From Oscillospiraceae bacterium (lineage in GTDB: Bacteria; Bacillota; Clostridia; Oscillospirales; CAG-272): DNA of 45,130 nucleotides. Position numbers and translations under genes: made by a program. Of the stretch, positions 7,577 to 16,680 are shown in pieces (the stretch's first letter is position 1; each line of letters opens with the position of its first letter). Under the pieces are notes generated by a model. It made no database searches and had not been told where the DNA came from. It saw nothing but the letters and a program-made list of their open reading frames with translations. The DNA lies in the NCBI GenBank assembly GCA_015064015.1, contig SVTB01000002.1, positions 1 to 45,130 of the forward strand, in the 5' to 3' direction.

Positions 7577-8136
7577 TGATGAAACGTATATGCACCTGTT
7601 TACTCTGCCTTATTTTGGTACTCGCCGCAGTGACAAGTTTCTCCTCTTGTAGCATCTACGGACAGCGTCGTGTCGCTGACCCCTCCTATATGGCAGCCCG
7701 CCAAGACGTACTCACAGCCCCCCGTCCCACTGAAAGTAAGGACTTCTTTTTCTATACCGCCATTGTAGACATAGATGCCGGAGACCATGTCAGAACGCTG
7801 GTGTGTCATTTCGACGGCACCACCGAGCTTCATTTGTCCACGGGAGAGGTTTACGCGGGATTAGAGGTCTATGATCCGGCCATTGTCGGCATGACCCAAG
7901 ACTTTCTGAAAGGCTTGTCACAAAACACCGACTACATCTACTGGCAGGACAAAACTTCTCTTGCCCTTCCTCGCACAGGATGCCACAGTATTTATGCGGC
8001 AGGAACCCAAGGCATCTACCATCTGTCCCTCAATCCTCAAAAAATCCCCGCAACCCCCGTTTCGGAAATCTACGGGCTTTATATGCTCCTCTATGAAGCA
8101 GTAACCGCGTTGGTGGTAGAAAACACCTCTCCATAA
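7576..8136 (+). CDS. Hypothetical lipoprotein, about 186 aa.
   Basis: Signal peptide with lipobox FSSC. The start overlaps the folC stop (TGATG). ATG 7576 and ATG 7579 are equally possible. Confidence 0.7.
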   Translation: MMKRICTCLLCLILVLAAVTSFSSCSIYGQRRVADPSYMAARQDVLTAPRPTESKDFFFYTAIVDIDAGDHVRTLVCHFDGTTELHLSTGEVYAGLEVYDPAIVGMTQDFLKGLSQNTDYIYWQDKTSLALPRTGCHSIYAAGTQGIYHLSLNPQKIPATPVSEIYGLYMLLYEAVTALVVENTSP

Positions 8137-8140
8137 TTCC

Positions 8141-8170
8141 AAGCGCAGTCTTTTGAGACTGCGCTTTTCT
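8141..8170 (+). terminator. Intrinsic terminator of the folT-folC-lipoprotein operon.
   Basis: AAGCGCAGTC (8141..8150), loop TTTTGA, GACTGCGCTT (8157..8166), then TTCT. Confidence 0.8.
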
Positions 8171-8257
8171 ATCATCTGCCGAGGGGGAAATACCGCACAA
8201 AAATGATCCTCATAAATTGTACAAGCCTACAAAATTTCAAAGGTTTCTCAAAAGTGA

Positions 8258-8286
8258 TTGAAAAATAAAGCGCCATAAGGTAAAAT
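8258..8286 (+). promoter_or_regulatory. Sigma-A promoter (TTGAAA-17-TAAAAT).
   Basis: TTGAAA at 8258..8263 and TAAAAT at 8281..8286, upstream of the oxidoreductase gene. Confidence 0.55.
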
Positions 8287-8355
8287 ATGGGTAATCCCCT
8301 TTGGGGAAAAGCATTTGTGTTTATCATAAAAAATCAAAAATAAGGAGATATAATC

Positions 8356-9447
8356 ATGGCCAACACAAGAACAGTTCGTATCGGTATCATCGGTTGCGGC
8401 GGCATTGCCAACGGCAAGCATATGCCCTCCCTCAAGAAGCTTCCCAATGTCGAAATGGTCGCCTTCTGCGATATCATCGTAGAACGCGCCGAGGCCGCCA
8501 AGGCCAAATACGGCACCCCCGATGCCAAGATCTACAAAGACTACAAAGAGCTTCTCAAGGACGAGACCATCGAGGTGGTTCACGTCTGTACCCCCAACCG
8601 CTCCCACAGCTTCATCACCGTAGACGCTTTGGATGCAGGCAAGCACGTCATGTGCGAGAAGCCCATGGCTATCAACACAGCTGAGGCTCAAAAGATGCTG
8701 GACGCCCAAAAGCGTAGCGGCAAGAAGTTGACCATCGGTTACCAATCTCGTCAGGCCGCAGGTGCTCAGTACCTCAAAAAAGAGGCCGAGGACGGTACCT
8801 TTGGTGAGATCTACTACGCCAAGGCCACCGCACTTCGGCGCAGAGCTGTTCCCACCTGGGGTGTATTCCTCAATGAATATGAACAGGGCGGCGGTCCCCT
8901 CATCGACATCGGTACCCACTCCCTTGACCTGACCCTTTGGCTCATGGATAACTATAAGCCCAAGTACTGTGTGGGCACTTCCTACCACAAGCTGAACAAA
9001 GATACCAACCAAGGCAATGCCTGGGGCAACTGGGATCCCGACAAGTTCACAGTTGAAGACTCCGCCTTCGGCTTTATCGTCATGGAAAACGGCGCAACCA
9101 TCAATTTGGAAGCATCCTGGGCCATCAATATGCTGGATGTGCGCGAGGCAACCACCCTCATCTGCGGCACCAAGGCAGGCGCTGACCTCTATGACGGTGT
9201 GCGCATCAACGGCATCCGCAACAACAGCCAGTATGTGCTCCGTCCCTCTCTGAATCCTCAGGGTGCGGCCTTCTACGAGGGCGTCAACACCGGCGACCCC
9301 TCTGCCATGGAAGCAGCTCAATGGATCAACGCTGTGGTAACAGACACCGATCCTTGCGTACTGCCCGAGCAAGCCTTCACCATCACCCGCATTCTGGAGG
9401 GTATCTACGAGTCCGCCAAGACAGGCCAGCCCTACTATTTTGATTAA
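8356..9447 (+). CDS. Gfo/Idh/MocA-family NAD(P)-dependent oxidoreductase.
   Basis: RIGIIGCGGIANGKHMP Rossmann motif and the EKP motif (MCEKPMA) typical of the family. TAAGGAG RBS. Confidence 0.85.
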   Translation: MANTRTVRIGIIGCGGIANGKHMPSLKKLPNVEMVAFCDIIVERAEAAKAKYGTPDAKIYKDYKELLKDETIEVVHVCTPNRSHSFITVDALDAGKHVMCEKPMAINTAEAQKMLDAQKRSGKKLTIGYQSRQAAGAQYLKKEAEDGTFGEIYYAKATALRRRAVPTWGVFLNEYEQGGGPLIDIGTHSLDLTLWLMDNYKPKYCVGTSYHKLNKDTNQGNAWGNWDPDKFTVEDSAFGFIVMENGATINLEASWAINMLDVREATTLICGTKAGADLYDGVRINGIRNNSQYVLRPSLNPQGAAFYEGVNTGDPSAMEAAQWINAVVTDTDPCVLPEQAFTITRILEGIYESAKTGQPYYFD

Positions 9448-9480
9448 GTCATCATCAGTCGAGCACGGGAGGACACGCCT

Positions 9481-11013
9481 ATGAAAATCACCAAGCTTTT
9501 CTCCCTCGGTCTGTGTATGATCCTTTTGTGTACGGGGCTTGGCGGTTGTGTCAGCCCTCAAACACCTTCGGGAAATACGGATCTGCCGGAAAATTCCGAG
9601 CCTTCCACAATTCCCGTTACCGAGCTTCCCCAAGAAACGGCTCCCCCCACGATTGAAGAAACCCTTCCCATGACCGCAGCTCCCACCGAAGAAGCCACCC
9701 AAAGTCCTGAGGAAGCGGAGGCACAGAAGCAGGCAATGATGAAAGAAATTTATGATGCAACCGAAGGTATTCAGCTTCCTATCGGCGGCTGGTCTACCCC
9801 TGCCTCCGCCCTGCGAGACGGATATACAGGAGTGACAGGCAGTTACGACAAAGTGTTCGAGGTCATTGCCGCTTCGGGCATCAACTACATGATCACCTTA
9901 GAGGAATGGAGCTCGGGCTCTTGGCCGCTGGAATCGCTGTCCTCTGCCAAAAAGGCGGGCCTTCGACTTTGGTATAACTGCGTGGGTCAATCCGCCGACT
10001 ACTCGCTGGAAAAGATCAATGCTCTCCTGTCTTCAGAATACGCCGATGCGCTGTCAGGCATTTACGTTAAGGACGAGCCCACGCTGGGTGATATCCCGGA
10101 CTTAGCCGAGCTAACTTCCGCCATCCGTACGGGATTGGGAGAAGATTTTGACCGTCCCGTTTTCTCCAATCTTTTGCCCACTTATGCCACCTCGGGCATG
10201 ATCGGTAATGATTACAGAGCCTATGTTCGCTCCTATTTGGATGCCGTCAAGCCTGACCGCCTCATGTTTGATTATTATCCTTATCAAATAGGCAACGGCG
10301 ACTCTCTCCCCTCCATGATGGCCAATATCGCCATAGCACGCGAGGAAGCTGAAAAGAATGGTATTGAGCTGTACACCTACATTCAATCCTCCGGAAATCC
10401 CTCCACCCGCGAGCCGGACTTGGAAGAGCTCACCCTTAATGCCCATCTGAATTTGGCTATGGGGGTCAAGGGTATCGCCTACTTCCTTGTCTGCGAGCAC
10501 TACGACGGTTGGGATTATACCAACATGATCGACTATGAGGGGAACCCCACCCCCATGTACGATAAGATCAAGGCCGTCAACGATGGGCTTAATGCCATGA
10601 AAGGCGTGTATTTAGCCTACGACTTTGACGGCATGATCTTATGCAATTATCAAAAAGGCTCCCAAGCCTTGAAAAGAGCAGACTGTCAAACCGAAATCAC
10701 CACCCATGAAAGCGGCCCGCTACTTTCGGCTTTGCATCTCAACAAACGATCTCAAATTGCCGTGGGATGCTTTACAAATCCTGCAAAAGAAAATGATTGG
10801 GGCTACTATTTGGTCAATTTGAATTACCAATTCCAAAGTAAGGTCACCCTGACCTTCTCGGAAGCTGTCAGCTATCAGCTTTGGGGAAGCGATGGTTTGG
10901 AGGATATGGGTACCGCCACCTTAAACGCCGACGGTAGCTATACCCTTGACCTTACCCTGAAAAACGGGGAGGGCGCATTTTTGAAAGTCTCTCTCGCCAC
11001 AGAAAACCAATGA
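9481..11013 (+). CDS. Secreted lipoprotein, 510 aa, with a Pro/Glu/Thr-rich linker and a possible clan-A (TIM-barrel) glycoside-hydrolase-like domain.
   Basis: Lipobox LGGC. The motifs YVKDEP and FDYYPY, plus the alternating strand/helix pattern, are reminiscent of GH5/GH42-like folds. No family recognised with certainty. Confidence 0.6.
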   Translation: MKITKLFSLGLCMILLCTGLGGCVSPQTPSGNTDLPENSEPSTIPVTELPQETAPPTIEETLPMTAAPTEEATQSPEEAEAQKQAMMKEIYDATEGIQLPIGGWSTPASALRDGYTGVTGSYDKVFEVIAASGINYMITLEEWSSGSWPLESLSSAKKAGLRLWYNCVGQSADYSLEKINALLSSEYADALSGIYVKDEPTLGDIPDLAELTSAIRTGLGEDFDRPVFSNLLPTYATSGMIGNDYRAYVRSYLDAVKPDRLMFDYYPYQIGNGDSLPSMMANIAIAREEAEKNGIELYTYIQSSGNPSTREPDLEELTLNAHLNLAMGVKGIAYFLVCEHYDGWDYTNMIDYEGNPTPMYDKIKAVNDGLNAMKGVYLAYDFDGMILCNYQKGSQALKRADCQTEITTHESGPLLSALHLNKRSQIAVGCFTNPAKENDWGYYLVNLNYQFQSKVTLTFSEAVSYQLWGSDGLEDMGTATLNADGSYTLDLTLKNGEGAFLKVSLATENQ

Positions 11014-11029
11014 AAGAAGGAATATCATT

Positions 11030-11998
11030 ATGAAATTAAGTGTTTTAGCTAACTTATACGGCTCCAAGACACTGGAAGAAACGCTGCAAATCCTCACGAG
11101 TTTGGGCATCCACACCGTGGAGCTGGGTGCGGGCGGTTACCCCGGCAAGGCTCATTGCAATCCCGCCGAGCTTTTGGCCGCCCCTGCCAAGTATGATGAA
11201 TTCATCGCCACCCTGAAGAAGTACGACGTAGAGGTGTGCGCCCTGGCCTGCCACGGCAACGCCCTGCATCCCGACAAGGCCATCGCCGAGTCCTTTGACA
11301 CCGACTTCCGCAACGCGGTACTTCTGGCCGAGAAGATGGGCGTGGACACCGTCATCACCTTCTCGGGCTGCCCCGGTGACCACGAGGGCGCCAAGTACCC
11401 CAACTGGGTCACCTGCCCTTGGCCGGAGGATTTCCTTGCTATTCTGGATTGGCAATGGAACGAGAAGGTCATTCCCTACTGGAAGGAAGTAGGCGCCTTC
11501 GCGCTGGCTCACAACGTCCCCCACATCGCCTTTGAGATGCACCCCGGATTCTGCGTGTACAATCCCGCCACTCTGCTTCGTCTCCGTGAGGCTGTCGGTC
11601 CCGTGATTGGTGCAAACTTCGATCCTTCTCACCTCGTTTGGCAAGGCATGGATCCCGTGGCGGCCATTCGCGAGCTGAAGGGTGCCATTTACCACGTCCA
11701 CGCCAAGGACACCAAGATCGACAAGTACAACACCGCCGCCAACGGTGTTTTGGATACCAAGCACTACAGCGACGAGCTGAACCGCGCGTGGATCTTCCGC
11801 ACCGTGGGCTACGGCAACGGCGAGACCTACTGGAGAGACATGATCTCCAACCTCCGTCTCTGCGGCTACGACAAGGTACTGTCCATCGAGCACGAGGACA
11901 GCATCATGACCATCGACGAGGGTCTGCAGAAAGCGATCACCTTCCTCAAGGGCGTTTGCATCTTTGAAGAGAAGCCTACGACTATGAGTTGGGCGTAA
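11030..11998 (+). CDS. Sugar phosphate isomerase/epimerase (xylose-isomerase-like TIM barrel).
   Basis: The GIHTVELGAG, FEMHPG, HVHAKD and SIEHED motifs are typical of AP-endonuclease-2 / xylose-isomerase-like TIM barrels. Confidence 0.8.
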   Translation: MKLSVLANLYGSKTLEETLQILTSLGIHTVELGAGGYPGKAHCNPAELLAAPAKYDEFIATLKKYDVEVCALACHGNALHPDKAIAESFDTDFRNAVLLAEKMGVDTVITFSGCPGDHEGAKYPNWVTCPWPEDFLAILDWQWNEKVIPYWKEVGAFALAHNVPHIAFEMHPGFCVYNPATLLRLREAVGPVIGANFDPSHLVWQGMDPVAAIRELKGAIYHVHAKDTKIDKYNTAANGVLDTKHYSDELNRAWIFRTVGYGNGETYWRDMISNLRLCGYDKVLSIEHEDSIMTIDEGLQKAITFLKGVCIFEEKPTTMSWA

Positions 11999-12017
11999 AT
12001 TCACCATATCAAAATGG

Positions 12018-12039
12018 GGGAGCTTATGTAAAAGCTCCC
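12018..12039. terminator. Bidirectional hairpin between convergent genes.
   Basis: GGGAGCTT (12018..12025) pairs with AAGCTCCC (12032..12039). AAAAT lies upstream and TCATTCTTT downstream. Confidence 0.6.
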
Positions 12040-12062
12040 TCATTCTTTATCATTTGATGTCT

Positions 12063-13670
12063 TCAAAAAGGTTCATCAGTAAACACCTCCCCACCTGGAA
12101 ACAAGGGGAACAGCGTATATCCGTTCGCCAAATAACTTTGGAAAGTTCCGACACCCAAGGCATCGTACATTGCCATAAAGTCGTCATAGCTGATCTCGTG
12201 TCTCTCTTCGTTGGCCACCATATAATAAGCAACCGGGTCACTGTCGTCGGTGAGATCCTTATCAAACGTTCCAAATTCATGCACCGTCACAAGCTGACCT
12301 GAGACCAGTTTCTGAACACGGATATAGAGATGGTCGTCTTTTCCGCCATAGGTATGGCAAACAGCCCCATATGCCGGCAGATAGCCGAAATATGTCTCGT
12401 CTTTGGCTTCGTATCCCGTATCTATAGGGATACCATACGCCATGCTAAACAGCGCAAATACGCGGGTATTGGAAGACAGTAGCAACAGCTCGTCTTCTCC
12501 GTCCAGATTCACGTCCGCGATGATATAGTTCACGTCTTTTCCCCGATAGGTGTCGGCGTGAGCTTTCAGGGCACGGTAAATGGCATCATCGTTTTCATTC
12601 GTTACCTGGATCTTTTCATTTTCGGGAGCATCGGCGGGTTCCTCACTCATCAGATGGCGGAACACACGGATGATATCCTCATGGGTAAAAAACAGACGTT
12701 CCATGGGCCAAATGGGAGCGTAGTAGGATCGTAATGATTGATTGAATGTATTTTGACCAAAAGTGGCGAAGGGAATACCGTTCAGTCGCAAATCGTATAC
12801 TTCCTCGGAAATATAGTACGCCTCGTCTGCTGTCCTGTAATAATACAGAACATTTCCCTCCGTATTCTGACCGACGATGGCAAGAGATTCTTCAAAAACA
12901 AGCTGTCTTGTAGCGGCATCCATCCGGTATATACTCCGCTCGCCGCGAGGAGGATCGCTGTAACTATCGACGACCATTAGTTGACCGTTGTCATTGACAA
13001 ATCCTGTATGTTTGTTCCCAAAGGTTTCCAACAATACAGGTCGATCGTCAGCACGCAGGGTAAATATAGCCACGATGGTCATGTCCTTTGTGAGCAGGAA
13101 CAATTCATCAACGCCGTCACGGTTGATGTCCTTGATCGCATAGCCGAAATGAAGGTGTCCCGCGGGATCACATTCCAGCATATCATTTTGGGGATAAAAT
13201 GCCGCAATAGATATGCTCATCGCCATATACCAATGCCTTGCGATGCTGTCCGGAAATGCAAATTGGGCATCAACTTTCGCCTGTTCATCATCCTTCATCC
13301 ATTCGGGGCTAAGCTCTACCATTTTTCGATACATCATCAGAATGGACTCATAGCTATCAAAATCCGCAGAAATCTGTTCGGGGTAAGTATCCTCTTGGGT
13401 TTCGCTTTCTGCGGGGATGCTTTCGCTGACAGGAGGTCTCGTATACTCCCCTCGGTTCAGCAAAATCACAGCCACGATACCGATGGATATAAAGGTACAA
13501 AGAGCAGCCACCATTGCGGGATGATTAACAAAGGCTAAAAAACGACCTCGCCGTTGGGGCTTAACAGATCGGAACGCACCGCCACGGATATCACTTTCAG
13601 TGATCAGGTCCTCGCTCATGTGGCTCATCAGCGCGGCAACGGATAAAACTCGATCATTGGCGTACATCAT
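12063..13670 (-). CDS. Putative anti-sigma factor: cytoplasmic N-terminus, one TM helix, large extracytoplasmic domain with FG-GAP/VCBS-like Asp-rich loops.
   Basis: The start overlaps the sigma-factor stop (ATGA at 13667..13670). The TM helix is AALCTFISIGIVAVILL. DINRDGVDELFLL and DVNLDGEDELLLL are repeated. Confidence 0.6.
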   Translation of the reverse strand: MMYANDRVLSVAALMSHMSEDLITESDIRGGAFRSVKPQRRGRFLAFVNHPAMVAALCTFISIGIVAVILLNRGEYTRPPVSESIPAESETQEDTYPEQISADFDSYESILMMYRKMVELSPEWMKDDEQAKVDAQFAFPDSIARHWYMAMSISIAAFYPQNDMLECDPAGHLHFGYAIKDINRDGVDELFLLTKDMTIVAIFTLRADDRPVLLETFGNKHTGFVNDNGQLMVVDSYSDPPRGERSIYRMDAATRQLVFEESLAIVGQNTEGNVLYYYRTADEAYYISEEVYDLRLNGIPFATFGQNTFNQSLRSYYAPIWPMERLFFTHEDIIRVFRHLMSEEPADAPENEKIQVTNENDDAIYRALKAHADTYRGKDVNYIIADVNLDGEDELLLLSSNTRVFALFSMAYGIPIDTGYEAKDETYFGYLPAYGAVCHTYGGKDDHLYIRVQKLVSGQLVTVHEFGTFDKDLTDDSDPVAYYMVANEERHEISYDDFMAMYDALGVGTFQSYLANGYTLFPLFPGGEVFTDEPF

Positions 13671-14218
13671 ATGGTGTGCCCCCTTTCCGTGAGATAAATA
13701 CGCAATTTTTCCCGTGTACGGGTCAGGCGTTTGGTGACGGCATTGGGTGTCAGCCCATAATGCTTAGCCAACGCTTTAACGCTGCAAGCGTGCCAATAAC
13801 GCCCCATGAACAGCTTGCGACTCATGGCGTCCTCCCCTCGCAAAAAAGCCTCCATCAGGGAAATAATCTCGCCCTCCGTTTCGGCTGGGGCAGGCAGACA
13901 TTCGGCAAGCTCGGCCAACGTGATTTCAAAATTCATATGTTTTTTGACCGTACGGTTTTGACGGTAGCGGTCAATTGAAAGACGGCGAATGATCACTGCC
14001 AGATAGTTTTTAAGAGATGGGGGGCGTTTAGGCGGTATAGTGTCCCATGCCCTCAGGTAGGTATCGTTGAGGCATTCCTCGGCATCGGCGCGGTTACCCA
14101 GAATACCCTGGGAAAGGCTCAAACAAAATTTTCCGTAGACACGATCTGTTTCAATGATAGCGCGCTCGTCTCTTGCTAAATACAGCGCCAAAATCTGTTG
14201 GGTAATTTGAGGATTCAT
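13667..14218 (-). CDS. ECF-type sigma-70 family RNA polymerase sigma factor.
   Basis: Region 2 (DAEECLNDTYLRAWD, RRLSIDRYRQ) and a region 4 HTH (VKALAKHYGLTPNAVTKRLTRTREKL). The MNPQ start at 14218 follows AAGGAGG. Confidence 0.85.
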   Translation of the reverse strand: MNPQITQQILALYLARDERAIIETDRVYGKFCLSLSQGILGNRADAEECLNDTYLRAWDTIPPKRPPSLKNYLAVIIRRLSIDRYRQNRTVKKHMNFEITLAELAECLPAPAETEGEIISLMEAFLRGEDAMSRKLFMGRYWHACSVKALAKHYGLTPNAVTKRLTRTREKLRIYLTERGHTI

Positions 14219-14439
14219 ATATCCACCTCCTTGGAAGGTCTTCATCTATTATAACGGATGTGAACATAAAAATCTGCCTCTTAAAATGAATTTTTCTTGC
14301 TTTTTTGTGTTTTTATTTTAAATACCCCAAAGCTATGACACGGTGCTTTTTCTCCCTTGTTTTGCAAAAATTGGTGACATTGAACAAAAACACCTTGCCA
14401 ATTTCTACATTCCATCATACAAAAGATCAAAAACACATC

Positions 14440-14468
14440 TTGAAATAATCGCAAAAATATAGTATAAT
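14440..14468 (+). promoter_or_regulatory. Sigma-A promoter (TTGAAA-17-TATAAT) for the EF-G paralog.
   Basis: TTGAAA at 14440..14445 and TATAAT at 14463..14468. This leaves a leader of about 150 nt. Confidence 0.6.
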
Positions 14469-14620
14469 ATTCTTGTTGTTCGGATATTGTACCGTATTTT
14501 CGCGATTATTTCGTATATCGGACAGAATTTGAACGAAAAATTTACACCTAAAAAAGAAAGGTGTCTGCCCCTGTCCCGAGGAGAGCTCGGGGTGCGGTGG
14601 GTGGACAAAGGTGAACAACC

Positions 14621-16669
14621 ATGGCTGATTTCAACACCAAGCAAATTCGTAACTTAGCCCTCTTGGGTCACGGCGGTAGCGGTAAGACCTCTCTTGCCGA
14701 AGCAATGCTCTTCGCCACCGGCGGCACCGATCGTCTCGGCAATATTACCCAAGGCAACACCGTCTGCGACTATGATGCAGAGGAAAAGGCAAGAGGCTTT
14801 ACGCTGTCCGCTACCCCCGCTTACATGACTTGGAAGGATACCAAGATCAACGTTTTGGATACCCCCGGCTTCCTTGATTTCGCAGGCGAAGTCAAACAGG
14901 CTGTCCGTGTGGCTGATGCCGCCGTCATTTGCGTTGACGGTAAGGCAGGCGTTGAGGTTGGTACAGAGCTTGCGTGGGACGCTGCTTGCATCGCTGGTAT
15001 TCCCAAGGCTTTCTTTATCAATAAGTGCGACGATCCCGAAACCAAGTTTGCCCGCGTGTTCCACCAGATCCACGCTACCTTCGGCGTATCGGTCTGCCCC
15101 GTGTTCATTCCTGTGGAAACCGGCAAGGACGTCACTATGATCGACCTCATTGATATGCAGGCCTTCAAGTATGACGAAAAAGGCAAGCGCCAGTCGGTTC
15201 CCATGAAGATCAACTGGGAGCAGACCGCTCACGACTACAAGGATGCCCTTAATGAGGCTCTGGCAGGTACCTCCGATGAACTGATGGAGAAGTACTTTGA
15301 GGGTGAATCCTTCACCAAGGAAGAGGCCGAAGAGGCGCTTCACAACGGTATTATTCAGGGTACCATCGTGCCCGTATACTGCGGCTCCGCCACAAATATG
15401 TGGGGCGTTGTTGCTATGCTGGATGCCATTGCAGGCTCCTTCCCCCGTCCTACCGCCCGCAAGGTGGAAAAGGATATGGGCGGCAAGCCCGTGGCTATCG
15501 ATGTGGAAGGCGATCCCGCCATCTTCGTCTACAAGACCATCGCCGATCCCTTTGTGGGTAAGATGACCTTCTTTAAGGTCATGACAGGCGTTCTCCGCCG
15601 TGATATGGTTCTCCGTAACATCCGCACAGGTGCTACCGAAAAGATGGCACACATTTATATCATGAAGGGCAAGGAGCAGATTGAGGTTGAAGAACTTGCT
15701 TGCGGTGATCTGGGTATGATTGCCAAGCTCGCCAACACTAACACCAATGACACTCTGCGTCTCAGCGGTGACACCGTTTATGCTCCCACCAAGTACGCAA
15801 CTCCCTATATGTGCAAGGGTATCACTCCCGAGACCGCTAAGGACGAATCCAAGATCTCCCAGGCCATCGCTAAGATGCTGGAGGAAGATATGACCCTGCG
15901 CTATGAAAACAACCCCGAAACCAAGCAGATGCTGATTTACGGTATCGGTGATATGCACCTGTCTGTTCTGGCAGCCAAGCTGAAGTCCCGCTTCGGCACC
16001 AACATCAAGCTGGACGAACCCAAGATCGCTTACCGTGAAACCATCACCAAGAAGTGCGACGTAGAAGGCAAGCACAAGAAACAGAACGGCGGTTCCGGTC
16101 AGTACGGTCACGTTAAGATTCGCTTCGCTCCCGGCGAGGACGAGGGTCTGACCTTCGTGGATGCCACCGTGGGCGGCTCCGTTCCCAAGAACTTTATCCC
16201 TGCCGTCCAGAAGGGTCTGGAAGATGCCATGGCCAAGGGTGCCGTAGGCTTCCCCCTGGTTCGTCTGAAGGCCGAGCTGTACGACGGTAGTTTCCATGCC
16301 GTTGACTCTGATGAAATGTCCTTCAAGACCGCTGCCAACCTGGCTTACAAGAAGTGCCTCGAGCAGTCCGCTCCCGTACTTCTGGAGCCCGTGGGCGATC
16401 TGGAGGTCACCGTGCCCGATGCACTTGTGGGCGATGTTATGGGTGACATGAACAAGCGCCGCGGCAGCGTTATGGGTATGAATCCTTACGAGGGCAAGGT
16501 CGGTTACACTACCATTCAGGTACAGGTGCCCAAGTCTGAGATCGCTGACTATCCCATCTCCCTGCGCGCTATGTCTCAGGGCCGCGGATGGTTCGAGTTC
16601 GTGGAGACCGGCTACGATCAGGTGCCTGCCAACGTGGCAAGCAAGGTCATTGCCGCTCTGCAGCAGTAA
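14621..16669 (+). CDS. Elongation factor G family GTPase, stand-alone paralog (EF-G2-like), 682 aa.
   Basis: G1 GHGGSGKTS, G3 DTPG, G4 NKCD, and EF-G domains II-V by length and motifs. It is not in an rpsL-rpsG-fusA-tuf context. Confidence 0.85.
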   Translation: MADFNTKQIRNLALLGHGGSGKTSLAEAMLFATGGTDRLGNITQGNTVCDYDAEEKARGFTLSATPAYMTWKDTKINVLDTPGFLDFAGEVKQAVRVADAAVICVDGKAGVEVGTELAWDAACIAGIPKAFFINKCDDPETKFARVFHQIHATFGVSVCPVFIPVETGKDVTMIDLIDMQAFKYDEKGKRQSVPMKINWEQTAHDYKDALNEALAGTSDELMEKYFEGESFTKEEAEEALHNGIIQGTIVPVYCGSATNMWGVVAMLDAIAGSFPRPTARKVEKDMGGKPVAIDVEGDPAIFVYKTIADPFVGKMTFFKVMTGVLRRDMVLRNIRTGATEKMAHIYIMKGKEQIEVEELACGDLGMIAKLANTNTNDTLRLSGDTVYAPTKYATPYMCKGITPETAKDESKISQAIAKMLEEDMTLRYENNPETKQMLIYGIGDMHLSVLAAKLKSRFGTNIKLDEPKIAYRETITKKCDVEGKHKKQNGGSGQYGHVKIRFAPGEDEGLTFVDATVGGSVPKNFIPAVQKGLEDAMAKGAVGFPLVRLKAELYDGSFHAVDSDEMSFKTAANLAYKKCLEQSAPVLLEPVGDLEVTVPDALVGDVMGDMNKRRGSVMGMNPYEGKVGYTTIQVQVPKSEIADYPISLRAMSQGRGWFEFVETGYDQVPANVASKVIAALQQ

Positions 16670-16680
16670 TTAGATTTTTT

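Noticed and set aside
8248-9702. 484-aa ORF on the minus strand.
   Set aside because: It is antisense to the well-supported Gfo/Idh/MocA gene. The translation is Gly/Val/Ala-rich low complexity and there is no RBS. It is a typical shadow ORF.
11054-12043. 329-aa minus-strand ORF, with similar long antisense ORFs at 21239..22183, 22590..23525, 40042..40953, 42856..43503 and 44220..44951.
   Set aside because: All lie opposite genes with clear family motifs, and none has start signals.
14654-16297. 547-aa ORF antisense to the EF-G paralog.
   Set aside because: It is a shadow ORF of a strongly motif-supported gene with no independent signals.
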